From an uncultured Porphyromonadaceae bacterium (GTDB lineage: Bacteria; Bacteroidota; Bacteroidia; Bacteroidales; Muribaculaceae): a stretch of 56,452 bases of DNA. The position numbers and the translations under genes were made by a program. The DNA is taken from the NCBI GenBank assembly GCA_947176995.1, contig CAMWSY010000001.1:1-56452 (forward strand). The letters run 5' to 3'. This document shows, piece by piece, positions 18,165 through 27,893 of this stretch (its first letter is position 1; the number at the start of each line of letters is the position of its first letter). The notes under the pieces were generated by a model. It saw only the letters and a program-made list of their open reading frames with translations, searched no databases and was not told where the DNA came from.

Positions 18165-19367
18165 TTATGCGGTCTTTTTACCGAAGAAACGGTCGACGAT
18201 AATCGACAGAGCCCCGTCGCCGGTCACATTGCACGCCGTGCCGAAGCTGTCCATGGCTATGTAGAGAGCTATCATCAGGGCGTTGTCGGCCTCGGTGAAA
18301 CCGAGGATCGAGCTGAGCAGACCGAGTGAAGCCATTACCGCACCTCCCGGCACGCCCGGAGCCGCCACGATGGTTATGGCGAGCATGGCGATGAAGTAGG
18401 AGAACATGCCCAGATCGTAGGGCATACCGTTGGTGATCATCAGCGCCAGCGAGCAGGCCACAAGTTTCAGCACGCTGCCCGACATGTGGATTGTTGCGCA
18501 GAGCGGCACGGTGAATCCCGCCACAGGCTCGCTTACCCCCATCGCCACCGTCTGCCGCAGCGTCACCGGGATTGTGGCGGCCGACGACTGTGTGCCGAGA
18601 GCCGTGAAGTAGGCCGGCATCATCGTCCAGAGAAGTTTCAGCGGATTGCGGCCGTGGCGTGAGAAAAACGAAGCGATGGTGTATTGCAGAAGCAGCAGGA
18701 AAATGTGTAGCGCAAAAATCACCGCTATGATCTTCACGAAAGTCGACAGGATTGTTCCCACCTGCCCGCTTGCGGTCATCGACAGGAAAATGCCGAAGAT
18801 GTAGAGCGGCAGCAGCGGCACGATGGCACCGTTGATCACCTTGATCATCACGTCGCGGAAATCGTCAAGCACATTGCGCAGTGCCCCGGTGCCGTTGGCG
18901 AGCATCGCCACACCCAGTCCGAGCACAAACGAGATCACCAGTGCCGAGTTAACAGCCATGAGCGGCGGCATCTCGATCGTGAAGAAAGCCGTGGGAGCAG
19001 CCGAGCCAGCGCTCTCCGTCTCAGCCACATACTGCATCGGCTGGATCATCGACGGGAAAAACGTCGCCCCCGTGAAGTAACTCAGATAGCCCGCGAAAAT
19101 AGTGGCTACGTAGGCAAGGATAGCCGTGAAAACAAGCATCTTTCCCGCGCGGCTTCCGATGTCGGCGATCGCCGGGGCTACGAAGCCGAGAATGATCAGC
19201 GGGATGCAGAACCCGAGGAACTGGCTGAAAATAGCGTTGAACGTTGCGAAACAGCGCGACAGCCATTCCGGGAAAAACATGCCGCAGCCGATACCGCAGC
19301 CTATAGCGATGAAAATCCAGATCAGCAGTCCGGGACGCCGGCTCTTCTTTTGAGTTGATTGTGTCAT
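18165..19367 (-). CDS. Dicarboxylate/amino acid:cation symporter (DAACS family)
   Basis: About 400 aa of polytopic transporter sequence. The ORF extends to 19454, but those first 29 codons run through repeat-derived sequence (SEYSENS), so the start was set at MTQSTQKKSRR (ATG 19367). Confidence 0.8.
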   Translation of the reverse strand: MTQSTQKKSRRPGLLIWIFIAIGCGIGCGMFFPEWLSRCFATFNAIFSQFLGFCIPLIILGFVAPAIADIGSRAGKMLVFTAILAYVATIFAGYLSYFTGATFFPSMIQPMQYVAETESAGSAAPTAFFTIEMPPLMAVNSALVISFVLGLGVAMLANGTGALRNVLDDFRDVMIKVINGAIVPLLPLYIFGIFLSMTASGQVGTILSTFVKIIAVIFALHIFLLLLQYTIASFFSRHGRNPLKLLWTMMPAYFTALGTQSSAATIPVTLRQTVAMGVSEPVAGFTVPLCATIHMSGSVLKLVACSLALMITNGMPYDLGMFSYFIAMLAITIVAAPGVPGGAVMASLGLLSSILGFTEADNALMIALYIAMDSFGTACNVTGDGALSIIVDRFFGKKTA

Positions 19368-19625
19368 AGTGTGTGACGGGGAGTGACATGGTGAATGCAC
19401 AAAGATAATCAATTCCCCCGAGTTCTCCGAGTACTCAGAACCCTCCGAGAACAACTACGACTGGATTGGCGGAGGTGCTATAGCATGGAAATTCAATGAC
19501 GTGGAGATTCCGATACTCTCCACAGAAGTAGTCCATAACGAAGTGAAGCACGTTGTGCCCTACTCTGAGATAACGCTGGTGCGTCACGACGACGGCACTT
19601 ACACGCTTAAACAAAACTGAGAAGA

Positions 19626-20333
19626 TCAGGCGAGGGCGGTCAGGGCGACCGATGCCACGCTCACTTTCACGCCGGGGATGGCGCGGTGTATGTGTCGCGC
19701 ACACGCAAGCATCGTCGCCCCGGTTGTGATCACGTCGTCGACGAGAAGGATGTGCCTGACGTCGTTCCAGTCATCGGGATGCGGCAGATAGTAGGTGCGA
19801 GAGGCGTTGTCAAGTCGCTCCGAGGCGCTTTTGCGTGTCTGGGTCGAGTGGAGGCGTGCGCGCAGACAATCGTCGGTCCATGGCAGCCCGGTAGCATCAG
19901 CTATGCCCTGCGCGATTTCCTCACTCTGGTTATAGCCGCGCCGCAGTTTTTTGAGCACAGGCATCGGCACAGGCACAATAAGATCAATCCCGTCGAAAAA
20001 AACGCTTTTGGCCGCTGTCGTTGCAAGCCGGCGGCCGAGGTGGCGGCACATGCCGGGACGGTGACCATATTTGGCTGTCTGGATCACGCGTGCGAATGGG
20101 CTCTCACGGCGATAGGCCATCAGCGACACAGCGCGGTCGATTTCGGCATCTTTCGCCATGAGGCGGCGGTGAATCTCGTTGTCGGTCATTGACCGCATGG
20201 AGAGCCGTGGTAGCGCGGCATCACAGTGCAGGCACATATATCGTTCGCCCGATACCAAAGTCCGGCCGCACACCACGCATTGTGCCGGAAAAAGCACGTC
20301 GAGCAGTGTTTCCCGCAGATTCCTGAAAGTCAT
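19626..20333 (-). CDS. comF: ComF-family protein (PRTase-like)
   Basis: N-terminal Cys pairs CVVCGR...CLHC and C-terminal PRTase motif ILLVDDVITTGATM. Confidence 0.85.
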   Translation of the reverse strand: MTFRNLRETLLDVLFPAQCVVCGRTLVSGERYMCLHCDAALPRLSMRSMTDNEIHRRLMAKDAEIDRAVSLMAYRRESPFARVIQTAKYGHRPGMCRHLGRRLATTAAKSVFFDGIDLIVPVPMPVLKKLRRGYNQSEEIAQGIADATGLPWTDDCLRARLHSTQTRKSASERLDNASRTYYLPHPDDWNDVRHILLVDDVITTGATMLACARHIHRAIPGVKVSVASVALTALA

Positions 20334-20833
20334 CGTGTGAGCTCCTCCATCATGCTGCGGTCACGCATCATGCTGGCAATCATTTCAGGCTCGAAGCCCC
20401 GTGAAGCCGCGTGACGGAAAATTTTTGTGCGCCCCTCGTATGTCGAGACCTCATCGCTCCCCATCGACAGGATTTTGCCGCGCAGCGTCTGCATCAGCCC
20501 TTGGCGGAAGTCATCGGGATTCACCTCGGCGAGCGCGGCCTCTATGTCGTCGGCCGTTATGCGCTTCTGCATGAGCCCGAGACGTATTTTCCGGCTTCCC
20601 CATGCGTTGAACCGCGCCTTGTCGTTGGCGTAGGCTACAGCGAAACGACGGTCATCGATAAATTTCTCCTGACGCAGACGTGCAACGATGCGTGATGCAT
20701 CGCCGGGTGCTATTCCCCAACGTGACAGTTTGGTCAGCATCTCATGGGTGCAATGCTCGGCGCTGACACACATTGTCATGAGTCGCTCAAGGGCTTTTTC
20801 GGCCGACATCGGTTTCTTTTGTCGCGGAGTCAT
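20330..20833 (-). CDS. recX: Recombination regulator RecX
   Basis: 167-aa helical-repeat protein with RecX-like sequence. 4-bp overlaps with both neighbours. Confidence 0.75.
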   Translation of the reverse strand: MTPRQKKPMSAEKALERLMTMCVSAEHCTHEMLTKLSRWGIAPGDASRIVARLRQEKFIDDRRFAVAYANDKARFNAWGSRKIRLGLMQKRITADDIEAALAEVNPDDFRQGLMQTLRGKILSMGSDEVSTYEGRTKIFRHAASRGFEPEMIASMMRDRSMMEELTR

Positions 20834-21678
20834 AGGCGGGCTATTGCGAAACGCCGGCGACCGCAGAAGTCACGTTGTATCTCCACATCGTGAAATCCCG
20901 CCTGACGGAGCATCGTTTTCAAATCGTCGGCATAATCGGGATTGCTCTCAAAAGCTAAAACACCCCCGTTTTTCAGCGTTAAAGCGGCGTAGCGGGCAGC
21001 GGCGCGGTAAAAGCATAGTGGATTACCCTCGGGCGCGAACAGCGCGATATGGGGCTCGTAATCGAGCACACGCCGCTCCATGTCGGCGGCTTCGGCAGGA
21101 GCTATGTAGGGTGGATTGCTCACGACGATATCCCACGGCCCGCGGGGAAGCGACTCCTCTTTCAGCATATCGGCTTCGGCAAAAGTTATTTTCACGCCGA
21201 GTTCTCCGGCATTTTTCCGGGCGATATCGAGGGCGTCAGTGCTTATGTCGACGGCCGTGACGTTGGGGAAACGCAGTGAGCGGGCGAGTGCCACGGCGAT
21301 CGCTCCCGAGCCGGTGCCGAGATCGATTATATCGAGATCAGGGCGGTCACCGGCTATGTCGGTGAGTATATCGACGAGTTGCGAAGTCTCGGGGCGGGGG
21401 ATAAGCACCCCCGGAGCCACGTGCAGTTTCAGTCCGTGAAACCATGCTTCACCGAGTATGTATTGCACCGGCTCGCCTTTTGCTATCCGTGCGGCAATCC
21501 CGGCGATGCGTGCGGCGGTCGAAGGCATCACCTCCTCGCCGCTGCGGGTCACAAGATCCACTGGTTGCATCCCCGTGACAGCCTCCATGACGTTGCGTGC
21601 TATCGCCGTCGCTTCATGCCCGTCGGTAGTCTGTGCCGCTGTGTCGCGCAGACTTCTGTATATTTTCCCGACCGTCAT
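20830..21678 (-). CDS. prmC: Peptide chain release factor N5-glutamine methyltransferase
   Basis: Motifs DLGTGSGAIAV and VVSNPPYI, 282 aa. Confidence 0.9.
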   Translation of the reverse strand: MTVGKIYRSLRDTAAQTTDGHEATAIARNVMEAVTGMQPVDLVTRSGEEVMPSTAARIAGIAARIAKGEPVQYILGEAWFHGLKLHVAPGVLIPRPETSQLVDILTDIAGDRPDLDIIDLGTGSGAIAVALARSLRFPNVTAVDISTDALDIARKNAGELGVKITFAEADMLKEESLPRGPWDIVVSNPPYIAPAEAADMERRVLDYEPHIALFAPEGNPLCFYRAAARYAALTLKNGGVLAFESNPDYADDLKTMLRQAGFHDVEIQRDFCGRRRFAIARL

Positions 21679-22547
21679 TCCGTCAGGCGCACGATTCTTA
21701 TGCCCTGAAGCGAGCGGTCGCGCCGCAGACGCTCGATAAGCGGCATCTTATCGACCACAACCTTGCCCTGCGCTGACGATGCGTTGAGCAGATAAGGGAT
21801 TCCCTTGTCATCCTTCACGATGAAACCGAGATGCACCACATCGAGTCCCGGCAGTTTGGTCACGATCGCCACAATGTCACCCTCCTTGAGGGCGTCACGC
21901 GTCTCGCGCGAACTCAGACGGTTGGTTTCCACCACAGGATAGCGGTGGTTGCGGTAGCCTATCTCGTAAGATTTCAGTTGCTCGAAGGTGGCGGAGTCGG
22001 CAAGCGCGGCATATTTGTCGCGGTTCTTCGTCATGAAGTTTATCGACTTCACCATGTCCTTGTAGATCGGCATTCGGTTGGTCACCTCCTTGAGATTGCC
22101 GCGGGCGGTGTTGTCAACCACCCAGTCGCTGAAGTAGTGCAGCCTCGATGGATAGCCCTGCATCTCGCCGCCGCGGTAGCGCAACCGCTCGAGCGAAGCC
22201 GTGAAGTCGCGCCATGATGTGCGGTGCTGTCCGGCGGTGTAGGCGAGTGCCGCCACTATGTCGACAAAAGTGGTGCAGTCGAGCTCGTCGAGGTTCACCG
22301 TCAGGTGCTCCTCGCCGTCGTTGCTATCGAGTGTCGACGCCACATAAGGCACCCCCTCAAATTTTCTGGCAAGTGTGATGATGCGCTCGTTGGGATCGCT
22401 AATTTTCTCAGCCTCGATGAGCAGTTGCGTGATGCGCGTGGTGTCGGTAGCCTCATTGTGGAAGTTTATGAGGTTGACAGGCACAATGGCGCGCATGGCG
22501 CACGGCTGAATCATGCACAATAGAGCCAGAAGAGTGATGAGGCGCAT
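21675..22547 (-). CDS. DUF1460 (amidase-like) domain protein, secreted
   Basis: Signal peptide. YVASTLD...LDCTTFVDIVAALAY...RLHYFSDWV pattern typical of Bacteroides DUF1460 proteins (recognised from memory). Confidence 0.65.
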   Translation of the reverse strand: MRLITLLALLCMIQPCAMRAIVPVNLINFHNEATDTTRITQLLIEAEKISDPNERIITLARKFEGVPYVASTLDSNDGEEHLTVNLDELDCTTFVDIVAALAYTAGQHRTSWRDFTASLERLRYRGGEMQGYPSRLHYFSDWVVDNTARGNLKEVTNRMPIYKDMVKSINFMTKNRDKYAALADSATFEQLKSYEIGYRNHRYPVVETNRLSSRETRDALKEGDIVAIVTKLPGLDVVHLGFIVKDDKGIPYLLNASSAQGKVVVDKMPLIERLRRDRSLQGIRIVRLTE

Positions 22548-22571
22548 GGGGTGTGGGTATATTTGTCTGAT

Positions 22572-25271
22572 TTATTTTGCTGAGAGTGCGGCTATCGAGG
22601 CTTGGAGCGAAGCGATCTTCGACTGGGCGTCGGCCTGTTTGCGTCGCTCGGCGTCCACCACAGCCTGCGGTGCCTTGGAGGTGAACCGCTCGTTGGAGAG
22701 CTTCTTCTCGACCGAAGCGAGGAAGCCCTGCTGGTATTCAAGCTCTTTGTTGAGTTTGGCAAGCTCGGCCTCAGTGTCTACAGCACCTTCAAGTGGCACG
22801 TTGAATTCGGTAGTGCCGATGATAAACGATGCGGCAGCCGGATCTTTGGCGGCGTTGAAAGTCACACCCGACAGATTTGCAAGCTTCGTCACCACGCTCA
22901 GCATGGGCACTGCCTCCTCACCTTCACCCACAACAGCAAGACCGAGAGCCTCACGCGGCGAAAGATTCTTGGAAGCGCGCACACCGCGCACAGCCGTGAT
23001 TATCTCCTTGGCGCGCTCCATCGCTTGCAGCAGTGCGCTGCTGTCGGTCACCGATGCGCGCGGTATATCGGCGTACATGATCGACTCACCCTCGCGGCGG
23101 TCGGCGAGATGCTGCCAGAGTTCCTCGGTGATAAACGGCATGAACGGGTGGAGCAGACGCAGCAGGCTGTCGAAGAACTCCATCGTGGCTTTCATTGTGG
23201 CGTGATCGATAGGCTCGCCGTAGGCCGGCTTGACCATCTCGAGATACCATGACGAGAACTCGTCCCAGAATAGTTTGTAGACAGCCATCAGTGCTTCCGA
23301 CAGGCGGAACTTCGAGAACAGATCCTCGATTTCGGCCACCGTAGCGTCAAGACGTGCCCTGAACCACTCTATGGCCTGACGCGACTCCTCGGGCTGCGCG
23401 ATGCTCTCCGACACCGTCCAACCCTGAAGCAGACGAAACGCGTTCCAGATCTTGTTGCAGAAGTTTCTACCGTTTTCGCAGAGCTTTTCATCAAACATGA
23501 TATCATTTCCGGCAGGGGCAGCCATGAGCATACCCATGCGCACGCCGTCGGCACCGAACTGTGCGATCAGTTCCAGCGGATCAGGCGAGTTGCCGAGCAT
23601 TTTCGACATCTTGCGGCCGATCTTGTCGCGCACGATGCCGGTGAAATAAACGTTGTCAAACGGACGCTCACCCACATACTCGTAGCCGGCCATGATCATG
23701 CGTGCCACCCAGAAGAAGATGATATCGGGTCCCGTGACGAGTGTTGCGGTGGGATAATAATATTTAATCTCCTCGTTGCCGGGATTGTTTATGCCGTCAA
23801 AGAGAGTGATCGGCCAGAGCCACGAGCTGAACCATGTGTCAAGAGCATCCTCGTCCTGACGCAGCTCCTCAGCCGTCATGTCGGGGTTGCCGCTGGCTGC
23901 ACGCGCCTTTTCCAGAGCGAGTTCAGGAGTTTCTGCTACAACGAATGTCTGAGCCTCGGGATCGCCGTAGAAATATGCCGGGATGCGGTGTCCCCACCAG
24001 AGCTGACGGCTGATGCACCAGTCCTGTATGTTCTCGAGCCACAGGCGGTAGGTGGTCTTGTACTTCTCGGGTACAAAGCGGATGATGTCGTCCATCACGG
24101 GGCCGAGCGAGATTTCGGCAAAATGCTTCATCTTGATGAACCACTGCAGCGACAGGCGCGGCTCGATAGGCACCTTGGTGCGCTCCGACAGACCGATCTT
24201 GTTCTCATAATCCTCGACCTTCTCCATCAGGCCGGCAGCCTCGAGATCCTTGGCGATCTGCTCGCGCACTGCAAAGCGGTCCATGCCGCGGTAGAGCGGC
24301 GATGCGTCGCTCACGGTGCCATCCTCGTTGAATATGTCGATCGTGTCGAGATTGTGGGTCTTGCCCAGCATATAGTCATTCTTGTCGTGCGCCGGAGTCA
24401 CTTTCAGACAGCCTGTGCCGAAGTCGATCTCCACATAGCGGTCCTCGATTACCGGAATCACGCGTCCCACGAGCGGCACGATCACCTTCTTGCCCTTGAG
24501 CCATGTGTTCTTCGGGTCTTTGGGATTGATGCACATAGCCGTGTCGCCCATGATAGTCTCTGGACGAGTTGTGGCAACCACTGCATAGCGGCGGCCATCC
24601 TTGTCGGTGTGTACTACGCTCTCCTCCGTCACCTCGCCGCTCATGTCATCGTCGGCTATGTAGTAGCGCAGATAATAGAGCTTCGCTTTCTCCTCCACAT
24701 AAAACACCTCGTCGTCCGAGATCGCCGTGCGGTTCTCTGGATCCCAGTTCACCATGCGCAGGCCGCGGTATATCAGCCCCTTGTCATAGAGGTCGCAGAA
24801 CACCTTGATCACCGACTTCGAGCGCGGTTCATCCATCGTGAACGCCGTGCGCTCCCAGTCGCACGATGCGCCCAGCTTGCGCAGCTGCTGGAGGATTATG
24901 CCGCCGTACTTGTTGGTCCAGTCCCATGCGTGACGCAGAAACTCCTCGCGGGTGATATCGGTTTTCTTTATACCCATCTCCTTGAGTTTCCCTATTACCT
25001 TGGTCTCGGTCGAGATCGAAGCGTGGTCGGTGCCCGGCACCCACAGAGCATTCTTACCCTCCATGCGGGCGCGGCGCACGAGTATGTCCTGAATCGTGTT
25101 GTTGAGCATGTGCCCCATGTGGAGCACGCCCGTCACGTTGGGCGGCGGTATCACCACCGTGTACGGCTCGCGGGCATCGGGAGTCGAGTGAAATAATTTG
25201 TGTTTCAGCCAATAGGCATACCATTTGTCCTCAACCTCTCCGGGGACATATTTTGTGGCTAATTCGCTCAT
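22572..25271 (-). CDS. valS: Valine--tRNA ligase
   Basis: 899 aa. HIGH-type motif [14 protein letters not shown] motif KMSKMLGN, C-terminal coiled coil. Confidence 0.97.
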   Translation of the reverse strand: MSELATKYVPGEVEDKWYAYWLKHKLFHSTPDAREPYTVVIPPPNVTGVLHMGHMLNNTIQDILVRRARMEGKNALWVPGTDHASISTETKVIGKLKEMGIKKTDITREEFLRHAWDWTNKYGGIILQQLRKLGASCDWERTAFTMDEPRSKSVIKVFCDLYDKGLIYRGLRMVNWDPENRTAISDDEVFYVEEKAKLYYLRYYIADDDMSGEVTEESVVHTDKDGRRYAVVATTRPETIMGDTAMCINPKDPKNTWLKGKKVIVPLVGRVIPVIEDRYVEIDFGTGCLKVTPAHDKNDYMLGKTHNLDTIDIFNEDGTVSDASPLYRGMDRFAVREQIAKDLEAAGLMEKVEDYENKIGLSERTKVPIEPRLSLQWFIKMKHFAEISLGPVMDDIIRFVPEKYKTTYRLWLENIQDWCISRQLWWGHRIPAYFYGDPEAQTFVVAETPELALEKARAASGNPDMTAEELRQDEDALDTWFSSWLWPITLFDGINNPGNEEIKYYYPTATLVTGPDIIFFWVARMIMAGYEYVGERPFDNVYFTGIVRDKIGRKMSKMLGNSPDPLELIAQFGADGVRMGMLMAAPAGNDIMFDEKLCENGRNFCNKIWNAFRLLQGWTVSESIAQPEESRQAIEWFRARLDATVAEIEDLFSKFRLSEALMAVYKLFWDEFSSWYLEMVKPAYGEPIDHATMKATMEFFDSLLRLLHPFMPFITEELWQHLADRREGESIMYADIPRASVTDSSALLQAMERAKEIITAVRGVRASKNLSPREALGLAVVGEGEEAVPMLSVVTKLANLSGVTFNAAKDPAAASFIIGTTEFNVPLEGAVDTEAELAKLNKELEYQQGFLASVEKKLSNERFTSKAPQAVVDAERRKQADAQSKIASLQASIAALSAK

Positions 25272-25537
25272 GTGGGAGATGGATTGAAGTGAATTAAACT
25301 TATGACATTTTAAGATTTCGGTCGGCTTCGAGGTTAGTTCGGAATCGCGATGAGGGAGTAATGGGGCTCCATTATGACTGAAGAGAGATTTCGAAATAGC
25401 CCGGAGAAGACTAAAAGCTTAAACATCAAGGTTCATTTCACTTCGTGGTTAACATTTTGTTATAAGTTTAAATCACTTCACCTTTCTGGTGCTGGGCTTA
25501 TCTGCCCTAAGATAACTGCAAAGATAATAAGATTTAC

Positions 25538-25545
25538 TAAATTTG
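25538..25545 (+). promoter_or_regulatory. Candidate -7 promoter box (taaatttg) for tsaD
   Basis: Exact TAnnTTTG 51 bp upstream of the ATG at 25596, in the AT-rich divergent valS/tsaD intergenic region. Confidence 0.45.
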
Positions 25546-25595
25546 TATGTCATCTCGCGGGTGATTAACCGAACCCGTGGCTCTCAATTCAGAAG

Positions 25596-26639
25596 ATGGA
25601 AGAAACAAAAAATACTGATAAGAAACCTGTTGTCGTGCTCGGCATAGAGTCGTCGTGCGACGATACATCGGCAGCCGTAGTTGTCGACGGCATACTGCGC
25701 TCCAACATAATAGCATCACAGAGTGTGCATGAGGAGTATGGTGGAGTAGTGCCCGAGCTCGCCTCACGTGCCCATCAGCAGAACATCGTCCCGGTGGTCG
25801 ATGCCGCTTTGCGTCATGCCGGTGTGACTCCTGCCGACCTTTCAGCAATAGCATTCACCCGCGGCCCCGGCCTGCTCGGCTCACTTCTTGTGGGGACGTC
25901 CTTTGCCAAGGGGCTTTCACTTGCCCTGCGTGTTCCGATTGTCGATGTCAACCACCTCCACGGCCATGTTCTGGCGCATTTCATCCGTCAGAACGAGGCC
26001 GACCCCGTCCCTGAGTTCCCATTCCTATGTATGCTTGTCTCTGGCGGAAATTCGCAGCTTATACTTGTCCGTGACTGTTTCGACATGGAAGTCATCGGCC
26101 GCACGATCGACGACGCTGCCGGTGAAGCCTTCGACAAGTGCGCCAAAGTCATGGGGCTTCCTTATCCCGGCGGCCCGCACATCGATCGTCTGGCAGCCGA
26201 GGGTGATGCCACCCGCTTCGATTTCGCCAAGCCACGCATCCCCGGCCTCGACTACAGTTTCAGCGGTCTGAAGACATCGTTTCTCTACACACTGCGCGAC
26301 GAAACAAAGGTTAACCCCGACTTTGTCCGGGAGAATATGCCTGACCTCGCCGCAAGCCTTCAGCGCACTATCATCGAGATACTCATGGGGAAACTGTCAC
26401 GTGCAGTAAAGGAGACCGGGGTGACCACCGTAGCCATCGGAGGCGGTGTTTCGGCCAACTCCGGCGTGCGCAAGGCCGTGGCCGACTTCTGTGCCGACAA
26501 AGGCATCACAGCCTTCATCCCTCCACGCGCCTTCACCACCGACAATGCCGCCATGGTAGCCACTGCCGGATATTTCAAATACCTCAAAGGGGAGTTCTGC
26601 CCCTACAATGCCGTGCCCTACGCCCGTGTAACGATATAA
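25596..26639 (+). CDS. tsaD: tRNA N6-adenosine threonylcarbamoyltransferase
   Basis: GIESSCDDTSAAVV, HLHGHVLA and SGGNSQL motifs, 347 aa. Confidence 0.95.
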   Translation: MEETKNTDKKPVVVLGIESSCDDTSAAVVVDGILRSNIIASQSVHEEYGGVVPELASRAHQQNIVPVVDAALRHAGVTPADLSAIAFTRGPGLLGSLLVGTSFAKGLSLALRVPIVDVNHLHGHVLAHFIRQNEADPVPEFPFLCMLVSGGNSQLILVRDCFDMEVIGRTIDDAAGEAFDKCAKVMGLPYPGGPHIDRLAAEGDATRFDFAKPRIPGLDYSFSGLKTSFLYTLRDETKVNPDFVRENMPDLAASLQRTIIEILMGKLSRAVKETGVTTVAIGGGVSANSGVRKAVADFCADKGITAFIPPRAFTTDNAAMVATAGYFKYLKGEFCPYNAVPYARVTI

Positions 26640-26654
26640 GCTTAAATCACTTCT

Positions 26655-27893
26655 ATGAACGTCTCTATAATTGTCATAGGCGATGAGCTGCTCATAGGGC
26701 AGGTCACCGACACCAATTCCGGCTTCCTTGCCCGCACAATGCGTCCCGCCGGATGGAAAGTGCTTAAAGTCGAAGTTGTCCCCGACGACAACGCCGCCAT
26801 ACGCCGCGCCGTCACAGAAGCCCTTGACCGTGCCGATGTGGTGCTCACGACCGGTGGCCTTGGCCCGACGAAAGACGACATTACCAAGCAGGCGCTCATG
26901 GATGTGTTCGGCGGCGAGCTCTACCGCGACGAAGCGGTTGAAGCCAACGTCCGCGAGGTTGTGGGAAAACGCGGCATACGTCTTAATTCCCTCACTGCCG
27001 ATCAGGCGCTTGTACCCTCTTCATGCCGGGTCATTCAGAACCGCCTCGGCACCGCCCCCATCATGGTGTTTGAGCAGGAGGGCAAGACACTTGTGGCAAT
27101 GCCCGGCGTCCCGTTCGAGACACGAGGGATGTTCACCTCTGAGGTCTTCCCCATGCTTCTGCGCCGCTATACACCCGACGTGGCTCTGCGCAGCGATGTG
27201 ATTCAGGCTGTCGACATCACCGAGAGCGATCTCGCTCTGCGTCTCGCCTCATGGGAAGAGGCGCTTCCGCCTTTCCTTCATCTCGCCTATCTCCCTCAGC
27301 CCGGCCTCATACGTCTGCGGCTCGACGGAAGCCACATCGACCCGGCCGTTCTCGATGCCGAGATGGATCGCAGGCGCGCCGAACTTATAACCCTTGTCGG
27401 TGACAACCTTTTTGCCGACAGCGACATTACCCCTGCCGCGCTTCTCATCAAGCTCCTCGCCTCGCGTGGACTGAAAGTCGCCACTGCCGAGAGCTGCACC
27501 GGCGGAGCCGTTTCCGCTGCAATTACCGCCATACCCGGAGCAAGCGAAGTCATGCAGGGGGCAGTTGTTTCCTACAGCAACGACGTCAAAACCTCGGTTC
27601 TGGCTGTGGATGCTAAGGCTATAGAGGCCGTGGGTGCAGTGAGTGAGCCTGTGGTGCGGCAGATGGCCGCCGGAGTAGCACGGTTGTGCGATGCGGATTG
27701 CGCAATAGCTACCTCCGGGATTGCCGGTCCCGGTGGTGGTACGCCCGAGAAACCCGTGGGAACTGTCTGGATATGCGTGCTTACTCCCGCCGGTTCACAG
27801 GCATGGTGCTTCCATTTCCCCGGCGACCGCGAGCGCGTTGTCGGCCGTGCGGTCATGACTGCGCTCCTGCGACTATGTAAGGCGTTAAAATAA
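26655..27893 (+). CDS. cinA: CinA-family competence/damage-inducible protein (nicotinamide-nucleotide amidohydrolase)
   Basis: MoCF-biosynthesis-like N-terminal domain (IIVIGDELLIGQVTDTNS) and C-terminal CinA domain (ATAESCTGG). Confidence 0.9.
   Translation: MNVSIIVIGDELLIGQVTDTNSGFLARTMRPAGWKVLKVEVVPDDNAAIRRAVTEALDRADVVLTTGGLGPTKDDITKQALMDVFGGELYRDEAVEANVREVVGKRGIRLNSLTADQALVPSSCRVIQNRLGTAPIMVFEQEGKTLVAMPGVPFETRGMFTSEVFPMLLRRYTPDVALRSDVIQAVDITESDLALRLASWEEALPPFLHLAYLPQPGLIRLRLDGSHIDPAVLDAEMDRRRAELITLVGDNLFADSDITPAALLIKLLASRGLKVATAESCTGGAVSAAITAIPGASEVMQGAVVSYSNDVKTSVLAVDAKAIEAVGAVSEPVVRQMAAGVARLCDADCAIATSGIAGPGGGTPEKPVGTVWICVLTPAGSQAWCFHFPGDRERVVGRAVMTALLRLCKALK

Noticed and set aside
19368-19454. 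N-terminal 29 codons of the symporter ORF (MFSEGSEYSENSGEL...)
   Set aside because: These codons run through repeat-derived sequence. The downstream Met begins a typical basic N-terminus followed by a TM helix, so the start was set at 19367.
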